This document shows positions 18,266 through 26,442 of a DNA stretch of 64,000 bases, in pieces. Each line of letters opens with the position of its first letter. Position 1 is the first letter of the stretch. The position numbers and the translations under genes were made by a program. This DNA comes from an uncultured Rikenellaceae bacterium. GTDB taxonomy: Bacteria > Bacteroidota > Bacteroidia > Bacteroidales > VadinHA17. The stretch spans positions 8,385-72,384 of the forward strand of contig CAZRDX010000031.1 in NCBI GenBank assembly GCA_964599235.1. The letters run 5' to 3'. Below the pieces are notes generated by a model. The model was not told the origin of the DNA, did not search any database, and was given only the letters and a program-made list of their open reading frames with translations.

Positions 18266-19468
18266 ATGGAAAAGACCGATCGCAGAGGTTTCTTTCGCGC
18301 GACACTTCTGGGTGCTGCCGGCACCATCGTGGCCCCTCGTCTTTCGTGGTCCGCCGCGGAACCAGTCAGAAAGAGTGAAAAAGGCCTGATCATGCGGCCT
18401 CTGGGAAGACGCACCGACATGGTCGTGCCGGTGGTGAGCATGGGAGTGATGCGTGCCGACAACCCGGCGCTGGTGCGTGCCGCCCTCGACAAAGGCATCA
18501 CCCTCTTCGACACCGCCCACACCTACCAGGGCGGACGCAACGAAGAGATGCTGGGCAAGATCCTTAAGAAGATCCCGCGCAACAGCTATTACATCGAGAC
18601 CAAAGTCAAACCTGACGGCTACGACAAGAAAAAAGGAGATTTCACCGATGATGAGAGGGTGAAAAAGAGTTTCCGGGAGAAGTTTGATGTTTCGATGAAA
18701 CGTCTGGGTCTTCCCTATGTGGACATCCTCTTCCTGCATGCCATCAACACACGTGCTGCCACCCTCAACGGGGCGGTGCTGGAGGTGATGCAGGAGATCA
18801 GGAAGGAGGGGCGTACCCGTTACCTGGGTGTTTCCACGCACAGCAATGAGCCGGAGGTGATCCGGGCAGCCATCGAGAGCGGGGTATACGATGTGGTGCT
18901 GGTGGCATACAACTACCGCCAGAAGCACAGGGATGAGATCCTGAAGGCTTTTGCCGAGGCTGCCGAAGCCGGTCTGGGGATCATCGTCATGAAGACGATG
19001 GCCGGAGGCAAACCTCCCAAAGAGGGGCCGGCCCTGCGCATGGGGACAGCCCTGAAATGGTCGCTGCAAAGTGAACATGTGGCCACCGCCATCCCCGGTT
19101 TCACCTCGTTCGATCAGCTGGAAGAGGATCTCGCCGTAGCCCGCGACCTCACCTTCACCGACGAGGAGAAACAGCTTCTTGCTGCTGCCAGTGCAGGCGA
19201 AACCCTATACTGTGACGGGTGCGCTGAATGCATCGACCAGTGTCCGCACGGGCTGCCCATCCCCGACCTGATGCGGGCCTACATGTATACCTACGGCTAC
19301 CGCGAGACCCGCAAGGCGCGCGACCTGCTCGACGAACTGCAGGTAACACCCGAAACATGTGCCTCCTGCGACACATGCACCGTCACCTGCAACAAAGGAT
19401 TCGCCGTGGCTGAGAAGATCAACGATATCATGAGGCTGCGGAATGTGCCGCATGAATTTCTCGCATGA
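18266..19468 (+). CDS. TAT-exported aldo/keto reductase with C-terminal Cys-rich (4Fe-4S-type) extension
   Basis: ATG at 18266. Twin-arginine signal DRRGFFRATLLGAAGTIVAP. AKR core (FDTAHTYQGGRNEEMLG, LGLPYVDILFLH). C-terminal CDGCAECIDQCPHG...CASCDTCTVTC. The antisense ORF 17903..19078 is a shadow. Confidence 0.85.
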   Translation: MEKTDRRGFFRATLLGAAGTIVAPRLSWSAAEPVRKSEKGLIMRPLGRRTDMVVPVVSMGVMRADNPALVRAALDKGITLFDTAHTYQGGRNEEMLGKILKKIPRNSYYIETKVKPDGYDKKKGDFTDDERVKKSFREKFDVSMKRLGLPYVDILFLHAINTRAATLNGAVLEVMQEIRKEGRTRYLGVSTHSNEPEVIRAAIESGVYDVVLVAYNYRQKHRDEILKAFAEAAEAGLGIIVMKTMAGGKPPKEGPALRMGTALKWSLQSEHVATAIPGFTSFDQLEEDLAVARDLTFTDEEKQLLAAASAGETLYCDGCAECIDQCPHGLPIPDLMRAYMYTYGYRETRKARDLLDELQVTPETCASCDTCTVTCNKGFAVAEKINDIMRLRNVPHEFLA

Positions 19469-19493
19469 CTTTTTCTTCTTCCGAACGATCACC

Positions 19494-20369
19494 ATGATGA
19501 AAAGATCCCTGTTCACCCTCGCCGGGACCCTTGTCCTGCTTGCACTCACGAAAGCCCAAAGCGACAGCCTCTTCCCCCTTTTCGACGGCTATCGCATCCT
19601 GCATGCCTATCCCGTCTACCATGCCGACGATCTGTGGGATTACATCGACGGGGCCGCCGACAATTATCTCAACTACCGTTTCCGGGAGCTGCAGATCGCC
19701 GAATACGCCAAAGGGAAAGACCGCATCTATTACAAGGTGGAGGTATACCGTCATGCCGATCCGCTGTATGCTTTCGGTATCTACAGTTCGGAACGGTCGT
19801 CCGATTACCGTTTTGTGGATGTGGGGACGGAGGGGTTCCGTGAGGAGGGGCAGCTTTTCTTTCTCAAAGGCTCGTGTTACGTGAAGGTGATGGCGGTGGA
19901 GAAGGCCCGGGGTGGTGAGGAAGAGCTGGAGGCTCTGGCACGGGCTGTCGCGGCCAGGATCCCCGGCCCCGCTTCTTTCCCCGCACCGCTGCAACTCTTC
20001 CCGGAACAGGGCAAGATCGCCCACTCCGAGAGGTTCATCGCCAGCAACTTTCTGGGATATTCTTTCTTCAGCGAGGTCTTTACCGCCACCTATCGCCAGA
20101 ACAACCTGGAGTTCCAAATGTTCCTGGTCGTGCGCGACGATCCTTCCGAAACGGAACACCTGCTCAAAGCACTCTACGACAAAACCGAAGATCCTCCCCC
20201 CGCCACCCTCCAACAGGGCGACCACCTGCTCCACGACAAATACAACGGAAAGATCTACCTCATCTGGAACGGCCGGCTCCTGTTCGGCTTCCTCAACATC
20301 GACGACAGCAACCTGATCCGTCCCCTGGCGGCAGAACTGCTGGAAAAATACAAATCTTCGGGGTTCTGA
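19494..20369 (+). CDS. Secreted hypothetical protein
   Basis: Start moved to ATG 19494, giving signal peptide MMKRSLFTLAGTLVLLALTKAQ. I could assign no confident family. Same strand, about 200 nt upstream of the peptidase/TolB/barrel gene. Confidence 0.65.
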   Translation: MMKRSLFTLAGTLVLLALTKAQSDSLFPLFDGYRILHAYPVYHADDLWDYIDGAADNYLNYRFRELQIAEYAKGKDRIYYKVEVYRHADPLYAFGIYSSERSSDYRFVDVGTEGFREEGQLFFLKGSCYVKVMAVEKARGGEEELEALARAVAARIPGPASFPAPLQLFPEQGKIAHSERFIASNFLGYSFFSEVFTATYRQNNLEFQMFLVVRDDPSETEHLLKALYDKTEDPPPATLQQGDHLLHDKYNGKIYLIWNGRLLFGFLNIDDSNLIRPLAAELLEKYKSSGF

Positions 20370-20575
20370 TGCCCATCCCTTCCGGCAGGACCTGACCTTC
20401 TGTCGGTGCGGAAAGAAAAGATTCTGTCTGGCAGAAATATTTTTCTACTATTTAATTATCAACCTGTTATGCAACACACCCCCTCTGTTCGACTGTTAAA
20501 AGTTCTTAACCGGCCCTGCTTTCCGGCATTTGGTATGTAAATTGAGAGGTTCACGGAAGAAGGAGGTTACTGATC

Positions 20576-23500
20576 ATGAAAAAGGAATGGTTGCGGCAAG
20601 GTGCCGCCGTGATGAAAGGCTTTTTTCTGTTCATGTTCCTGCTCGCTGCGGCATTACCCGCCGGGGCGCAGTATTTCGGCAGGAACAAGCCTTATTACAA
20701 GAAGTTCCGTTACAAGGTGTACGAAACACCTCATTTCGACATTTATTATTATCTGAAGAACGATTCGGTGCTCAACCAGATGGCGCGGATGAGCGAGGAA
20801 TGGTACCGTCTGCACAAGGAGGAGTTCGGCATTGACCTCCGCGGGCACAACCCGTTGTTCCTCTACAACAACCACGCCGACTTCCAGCAGACCACCACCA
20901 TCTCCGGTGAGATCGGCGTAGGTACCGGCGGGGTGACCGAAGTGCTGAAGAACCGCATCGTATTCCCCATCGCCCCCATCTTTGCTCAGACCGACCACGT
21001 GCTGGGACACGAGATGGTGCATGCTTTCCAGTACACCCTCATCCTGCACGGCGACTCCACCAATATGAGCTCGCTCAACAACCTGCCCCTCTGGATGGTG
21101 GAAGGCATGGCCGAATATTTCTCCATCGGCAGCCACGATCCCCATACGGCGATGTGGATGCGCGATGCCGTACTGCATAATGATTTTCCCTCGTTCAAGG
21201 ACCTTGACACCGACCCGAAATATTTCCCCTACCGCTGGGGGCAGGCTTTCTGGGCTTTCATAGGGAAGACATGGGGCGACGATCTCATCGTCCCGCTTTT
21301 CCAGCGCACGGCCATGGTGGGTTACGAACAGGCCATGAAAGATGTGCTGGGCCTCGACGCCGCCACCATCGCCGGGATGTGGAAAAGTGCATATACTCTT
21401 TATTACAAACAGTTCCTTCCCGACTCGGTGGAGAAACTCACGGGTATCGAGGTGGCTTTCCCCGGCAACGCAGGGGACGTGAACGTCTCCCCCTCGCTGA
21501 GTCCCGACGGGAAGTATCTGGTCTTTCTTTCGGAGAAAGATGTCATCTCGTTCGATCTTTTCTTGGCCGATGTTGCCAGAAGGAAGGTGGTCCGTCGTCT
21601 TTCGGCCACCGTCCAGCACCATGAGATCGACGCCATGAACAATCTCGAGTCGGCAGGCACCTGGTCGCCCGACAGCCGTTATTTCGCCTTCACCGTCTAC
21701 GACAAGGGCAAGAACGCCCTGGTGATCATCGACGTGAAGAAGAACAAGCTCTCGAAGAAGATCTTCATCCCCGGCGTGCCGGCTTTTTACCAGCCGGCGT
21801 GGGCTCCCGACGGCAAGAGCATCGTCGTAGCGGGGCTGGTGGAGGGACAGCCCGATCTGTTCCGTTACTATCCCGAGACGGACGAGGTGATCCGCATCAC
21901 CAACGACCGTTATTCATACCTCCATCCCTGCTGGTCGCACGACGGCCGTTATCTGGTGGTGGCCACCGACCGCACGGCCGTCCCCACCGACCGGCCTTAT
22001 TTACACACCAACCTGGCCCTCATCGACGTGAAGACGGGGAAGATCACGGTGCTGCCCGTCTTTCCGGGGGCCGACAACCTTAACCCCCTTTTCTCGGTCA
22101 ACGACAGCTCCGTCTTCTTCCTTTCCGACCGCGACGGCAAACGCAACCTGTACCGTTACGATCTGGCCGACGGGCGGGTCTTCCAGCTCACCGACTATGA
22201 GGTGGGTATCACGGGCATCACCCAGTATTCACCGGCCGTGAGCATCTCGCGTCACAACAACGAGCTGGTCTATTCCTACTATTCCGACAACAAGTATACG
22301 ATTTACAAAGCGTCGGTGGATGATTTCGAGGCGCATGAGGTCTCTCCCGACTCACTCGATATGGCAGCGGGCATCCTGCCCCCCCTGAAACGCATCGGCC
22401 GCAACATCGTCGACCGTGGGTTGCAGGACCGCGAGCCGCTGTCGGCCATTCAGCCGGAGGACTATCTGAAGAAGCCCTACAAGGCTCGTTTTCAGCTCGA
22501 CTACATCTCCAATGTTCAGGCAGGCATCAGCACCAACAGTTTCGCCCGGGGGATGACGGGGAGCGTGTTCGCCATCTTCAGCGACATCGCCGGCACCCAG
22601 CAGCTCTTCACCAGCCTGGCCCTCAACGGGGAGATCTACGACTTCGGCGGCCAGGTGACTTACGTGAACCAGAAGAACCGGCTCACCTGGGGCGCCTCGG
22701 TGTCACACATCCCTTACATGAGCGGTTACTCATACATAAAACCCGACACCCTCCACCTGGGTGATCAATACTATCTTGTCGACAACCTGATCTACGATAT
22801 CGTCCGTACTTTCGAGGACAGGATCGAACTGTACGCCTATTATCCCATTTCCACCACCCAGCGTCTCGAGCTGGGGGCTTCACAGGCTTTTTACTACTAT
22901 CGCATCGACGAATGGAACAACTATTATGACCCTGTGTACGGCACCTATATGGGCGGAAACCGTCATAAACTCCCCGCGCCGAAGGGGTTCAACATGCAGA
23001 CGGTGTATGCGGCGGCGGTGCTCGACAATTCGATCAACGGGCTGGCTTCGCCGATGCGGGGGGCACGCGGGCGCTTCGAGGTGGAGAAATATTTCGGCGT
23101 GTATGATTTCCTGGCCATCACAGGCGACTACAGAAAATATTTCTATTTGCGTCCGCTGACGTTAGCGGCCCGCGGGCTGTACACGGGGCGTCTGTCGACC
23201 AACGGCCGCACCTTTGCGCTCTATCCCCTCACCCCCAGCTACCCGTGGTACATGCATGGTTACGACAACTACCGTGTGTTCGACGGCATGCCGGCCGACC
23301 AGGCCAGTTTCATCTTCGATCAGCTGTACGGCAACCAGATGGCGGTGGCCAATGTGGAGATGCGGCTGCCGCTGGCCGGCCCTAAACGACTGGGGCTCAT
23401 TAAGGTGCAATACTTCTACACCGAACTGGTGGGTTTCCTCGATGGCAGCCTCACCTGGGACCGTGGCGACAGGATCAGCCTCGACTATACCAACTATGAT

Positions 23501-23653
23501 CCGTCGAACCGCGTGCCTCTCTTCAGCACCGGCTTCTCAGCCCGCATCAACGTCATGGGAGCCATCGTGGTGGAGCCTTATTATGCCTGGCCACTCATCG
23601 GCGACCACATGGGCAAAGGTTTTTTCGGGATCAACTTCCTGCCCGGATGGTAG
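20576..23653 (+). CDS. Outer-membrane-anchored putative zinc peptidase: HExxH domain plus PD40/TolB-like beta-propeller repeats plus C-terminal beta-barrel (Omp85/surface-antigen-like)
   Basis: ATG at 20576 (alternative Met at 20612). Signal peptide FFLFMFLLAAALPAGAQ. HExxH in LGHEMVHAFQY. PD40-type motifs SPSLSPDGKYLVFLSE, GTWSPDSRYFAFTV, PAWAPDGKSIVVAG, PCWSHDGRYLVVATDR, FFLSDRDGKRNLYRYDL. C-terminal ~400 aa Tyr/Gly-rich, ending GFFGINFLPGW (terminal aromatic). Confidence 0.85.
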   Translation: MKKEWLRQGAAVMKGFFLFMFLLAAALPAGAQYFGRNKPYYKKFRYKVYETPHFDIYYYLKNDSVLNQMARMSEEWYRLHKEEFGIDLRGHNPLFLYNNHADFQQTTTISGEIGVGTGGVTEVLKNRIVFPIAPIFAQTDHVLGHEMVHAFQYTLILHGDSTNMSSLNNLPLWMVEGMAEYFSIGSHDPHTAMWMRDAVLHNDFPSFKDLDTDPKYFPYRWGQAFWAFIGKTWGDDLIVPLFQRTAMVGYEQAMKDVLGLDAATIAGMWKSAYTLYYKQFLPDSVEKLTGIEVAFPGNAGDVNVSPSLSPDGKYLVFLSEKDVISFDLFLADVARRKVVRRLSATVQHHEIDAMNNLESAGTWSPDSRYFAFTVYDKGKNALVIIDVKKNKLSKKIFIPGVPAFYQPAWAPDGKSIVVAGLVEGQPDLFRYYPETDEVIRITNDRYSYLHPCWSHDGRYLVVATDRTAVPTDRPYLHTNLALIDVKTGKITVLPVFPGADNLNPLFSVNDSSVFFLSDRDGKRNLYRYDLADGRVFQLTDYEVGITGITQYSPAVSISRHNNELVYSYYSDNKYTIYKASVDDFEAHEVSPDSLDMAAGILPPLKRIGRNIVDRGLQDREPLSAIQPEDYLKKPYKARFQLDYISNVQAGISTNSFARGMTGSVFAIFSDIAGTQQLFTSLALNGEIYDFGGQVTYVNQKNRLTWGASVSHIPYMSGYSYIKPDTLHLGDQYYLVDNLIYDIVRTFEDRIELYAYYPISTTQRLELGASQAFYYYRIDEWNNYYDPVYGTYMGGNRHKLPAPKGFNMQTVYAAAVLDNSINGLASPMRGARGRFEVEKYFGVYDFLAITGDYRKYFYLRPLTLAARGLYTGRLSTNGRTFALYPLTPSYPWYMHGYDNYRVFDGMPADQASFIFDQLYGNQMAVANVEMRLPLAGPKRLGLIKVQYFYTELVGFLDGSLTWDRGDRISLDYTNYDPSNRVPLFSTGFSARINVMGAIVVEPYYAWPLIGDHMGKGFFGINFLPGW

Positions 23654-23673
23654 CGGGATCATCCTTCCGGAAG

Positions 23674-24918
23674 TCAAAACTTCACTCTTGACAGATCAAT
23701 GCCGCGGATCTCCTGCCATTCATTGTTCTTCAGGCCCATCACCTTTTTGCCGTCGAGGCGCAGATCGTCATACTCGATGGGTATCACGATCCCGCCGTCC
23801 GCATCGATAACCCCTTTCAGGCCGTTCTCGCTGACAAGACAATAATCCCGGTAGCAGCGTACCCGATCGAAACGGGGCTCAAAGACCACCCGGCCGTCCA
23901 GGGAGTATATGCCGGTCAGATCTCCTTGTCTGACCAGGAAAAAGACTCCCGACCTTTTTATCGCATCATACTCCGCAGGGATGATCTCCTCCCCGCTCAT
24001 GCCCAGTATCCCGGCACGACCGTCACGAACAACCCGGAAGGAAGATCCGTCCCTGACGACCCTGTCATATTCGACAGGAACCACCTCGTCCCCGTTGAGA
24101 GCCACGATCCCCTGTTTCCCGTTCCGGGTGACCCGCCACCACGAACCTTCCCGCACGATCCCGTCAAACTCCGGAGCCAGCAGCACTTCCCCGTTCAAGG
24201 AAATGATCCCTTGCTTCCCGTCTTTTGTCACACGGAACCAGGAGCCTTCACGCACGATCCCGTCATATACCGGTTCAAGGAGCACATCTCCGTTCAGGGC
24301 TATGAGCCCCTGTTTCCCGTCCTTTATCATACGGAACCAGGCACCTTCACGTACGATCCTGTCATACAACGGTTCAAGGAGCACATCCCCGTTCAGGGCT
24401 ACGAGCCCTAACTTCCCCTCCTTTGTCACACGGAACCAGGAGCCTTCACGCACGACCCCGTCATACTCAGACCCGGGTAGCACCTCCCCGTTCAGGGCTA
24501 TGATCTTCCATTTCCCGTTCTTTGCTACATGGAACCAGGCCCCGTCAAGCCGCACACTGTCATATTCCACGGGGACGACCAAGTCTCCGTTCAATGTATA
24601 CACTCCTCGCTTTCCGTCTTTTCCGACAAAATAAAAATCTCCTTTTTCTTCAATGCTCCTGAAGAGAACCGGAAGGACCGTGTCGCCATTGAGTCCGATC
24701 ACCCCGGCTGCACCCTCCCCGACCACGATGAACGCATTTTCCAGCCTTATCACCGTATCGTATTCAGCCTGAATGATCTTCTTTCCGTGCACACCGGCAA
24801 TACCGTATTTCCCGTTGTTCTCCAACAAGGGGAATGCCCGGGTATCGGTCCCTTTTACCCGCTGGCCCGAAAGCGGAACGGAAACCAACAATAAAAGAAG
24901 AGGTGAAAATTTTTTCAT
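23674..24918 (-). CDS. WG (KWG-type) repeat-containing secreted protein
   Basis: ATG at 24918. Signal peptide LLLLLVSVPLSGQ. About 11 tandem ~33-aa units of the form VREGSWFRVTKDGKQGLIALNGDVLLEPxYDxI. Confidence 0.9.
   Translation of the reverse strand: MKKFSPLLLLLVSVPLSGQRVKGTDTRAFPLLENNGKYGIAGVHGKKIIQAEYDTVIRLENAFIVVGEGAAGVIGLNGDTVLPVLFRSIEEKGDFYFVGKDGKRGVYTLNGDLVVPVEYDSVRLDGAWFHVAKNGKWKIIALNGEVLPGSEYDGVVREGSWFRVTKEGKLGLVALNGDVLLEPLYDRIVREGAWFRMIKDGKQGLIALNGDVLLEPVYDGIVREGSWFRVTKDGKQGIISLNGEVLLAPEFDGIVREGSWWRVTRNGKQGIVALNGDEVVPVEYDRVVRDGSSFRVVRDGRAGILGMSGEEIIPAEYDAIKRSGVFFLVRQGDLTGIYSLDGRVVFEPRFDRVRCYRDYCLVSENGLKGVIDADGGIVIPIEYDDLRLDGKKVMGLKNNEWQEIRGIDLSRVKF
23959..24555 (-). repeat. Intragenic 99-bp (33-codon) tandem repeat array inside the WG-repeat gene
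   Basis: Arg of the VREG motif recurs at residues 157, 190, 223, 256 and 289, an exact 33-aa period. Central copies are also clearly similar at DNA level (repeated ...cggaaccaggagccttcacgcacga.cccgtcata...ccgttcagggctat/cgagccc...). Confidence 0.85.
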
Positions 24919-25231
24919 TTCACAGATTTTTATTTGAAAAGAATCTCATCCCCACCACCCAATGCCTTACCTTCTAAAGACGTTCAGGATCCAATAAAGT
25001 TACATCTTGCCATTCCTTAATCTCTCTTCCCGGTGTTTGGGTAAAGACAAGTTCTCGGATTTTTTTTCTTTTACAAGCTTTCAATCCCGGCGGGACTCTT
25101 ACGCTATTCCTCGTATAAAAACTCTCATTTTGATCATCCCTTTCCGCTTCCTCATGCCGGCTCCTAACACCTGTTTTTTGGTAAGGATTCAGACTACCTG
25201 CTGTCCGGGAGGGGAACAAAGATCTTCTTTC

Positions 25232-25414
25232 TCACCTGTTGACGAAAATATAACGGATATGTGCCCTGGCACCCTTGCTTCTCTCGTTCTTCTCTCCGGT
25301 GAGGCGGATCTCCAGGGTATGTTCTCCCTGCTCCAGTCCGGCACCCAGGGTATAGTACCAGGGCAGGTAAAACCCCTTCAGAAGATACAGGGATCCCCTC
25401 CTTTCCCCGACCAC
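25232..25414 (-). pseudogene. Orphan 3' fragment duplicating the last ~47 codons of SGNH hydrolase gene 26443..27663
   Basis: Translation ...LPWYYTLGAGLEQGEHTLEIRLTGEKNERSKGARAHIRYIFVNR* compared with the full gene end ...LPWYYTLGAGLAQGEHTLEIRLTGEKNERSKGAKAHIRYIFVNR*. The upstream part of the 60-aa ORF is unrelated, and no catalytic domain is present. Confidence 0.8.
25236..25377. repeat. Direct repeat copy A (142 bp)
   Basis: Manual alignment to 26447..26588 at constant offset 1211 gives 5 mismatches in 142 nt with no gaps. Similarity ends abruptly at both edges. Confidence 0.9.
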
Positions 25415-25458
25415 CAGGAACGTAAAAGGGATATGCCGTGAGGAGGCTCTTGTCTCCC

Positions 25459-26436
25459 TTACTTCAGACGGAAGGTGACCAACACGAATCCATGATCGGA
25501 AGGGAACATGAACGACCGTCCGTGGAACGTAAAGGTGCTGCCATCGGGGGCAACAAAGACCTCCGCTGCCACGGCCTGCAGTTTTTTACCACGGTAGTAG
25601 ATGTAATCGATGCGGTCCTGACGGTCGTAAAGGATCGATCCGTTCACTTTTCCCGACGACAACCAGGTGGTGCCGGGATCCGCAGCCGGATCGGGATGGA
25701 TCTCGCGGTAGGCATCTCGAAGTCCCGCTTGCGTCAGAGCCCATGATACGGGCCAACGAACGACCGCACCGCCGTGATGATATTTGTTTTTCGTCGTTTC
25801 CACCCAGTCGAGGTGCGAATGGCTGTTAAGATCCCCTCCCAGGACCACGGGGATACTGTCGGCCTGCTGCAGATAAGGCCGGATAAGATGAAGGATGGTC
25901 CTTATCTCATCATCCCGGCTACCCCGGCATTCCCAGTTGATGATCGCCGTCTCGGACGAGTCGACTGGTACCCGACGGGCATCGGGAAGATAATGCAACC
26001 AAGTGTCAAAAAAGATCACCGGCCGGCCGGCCACATCCACTTTCACCCCGCCAAAGTTGAACGTAGAGATGCTGTCGGGAAAGACCAGCGTGTCGAGGAT
26101 GGGATACCGGCTGAAGATGCACAGGTTACTCGAGAGCAGAACATAATGGAATCCCAGCGAGTCAGCGATCATGGGAGCAGCCCCATAGGTCTCGATCATC
26201 AGGATCACGTCGGCACCCGAATGTTTGAGGATACGTATGATCTCCGGCCGGGCATCCTTCACCGGCAGCCTCTCCCCTTTGCCACCGTGCCAGATGTTCC
26301 ATTCCAGCACTTTCAGCGTCACCGGTTCTTCTTTTCTCTGCTCATGCCCCCCCTTGCAGGCCAACAGCAAAGGAAGGAACACAAGGAGAACGGGCAAGAG
26401 CTTTTTCATCCTTTTTTTGTGCTCCATTTTGTTCAT
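25459..26436 (-). CDS. Endonuclease/exonuclease/phosphatase (EEP) family lipoprotein
   Basis: ATG at 26436; ATG 26409 (MKKLLPVLLVFLPLLLAC) is the more likely start. EEP motifs LKVLEWNIWHGG, VILMIETYG, GGDLNSHSHLDW, PSDHGFVLVTF. Confidence 0.85.
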   Translation of the reverse strand: MNKMEHKKRMKKLLPVLLVFLPLLLACKGGHEQRKEEPVTLKVLEWNIWHGGKGERLPVKDARPEIIRILKHSGADVILMIETYGAAPMIADSLGFHYVLLSSNLCIFSRYPILDTLVFPDSISTFNFGGVKVDVAGRPVIFFDTWLHYLPDARRVPVDSSETAIINWECRGSRDDEIRTILHLIRPYLQQADSIPVVLGGDLNSHSHLDWVETTKNKYHHGGAVVRWPVSWALTQAGLRDAYREIHPDPAADPGTTWLSSGKVNGSILYDRQDRIDYIYYRGKKLQAVAAEVFVAPDGSTFTFHGRSFMFPSDHGFVLVTFRLK

Positions 26437-26442
26437 CTGTGT

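Noticed and set aside
17505-20575. AGGAGG-like motifs just upstream of several starts (17518, 17864, 20576, 41392), considered as evidence of Shine-Dalgarno usage unusual for Bacteroidota
   Set aside because: Only a handful of genes show this. One motif lies inside an upstream Glu-rich coding region, and most other starts in the window (for example susD and GH29) have no such motif. It is too anecdotal without a genome-wide count.
23959-24555. A regular ~99-bp periodic repeat that could be mistaken for a CRISPR-like or satellite array
   Set aside because: The period is an exact 33 codons inside one intact ORF encoding WG repeats. There are no unique spacers, no leader and no cas genes.
24974-25219. 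An 81-aa minus-strand ORF in the spacer between the orphan fragment and the WG-repeat gene, and small ORFs in the 30445..30732 spacer
   Set aside because: They lie in AT-rich or pyrimidine-rich intergenic sequence and have no motifs, signal peptides or plausible starts. They are likely non-coding promoter regions.
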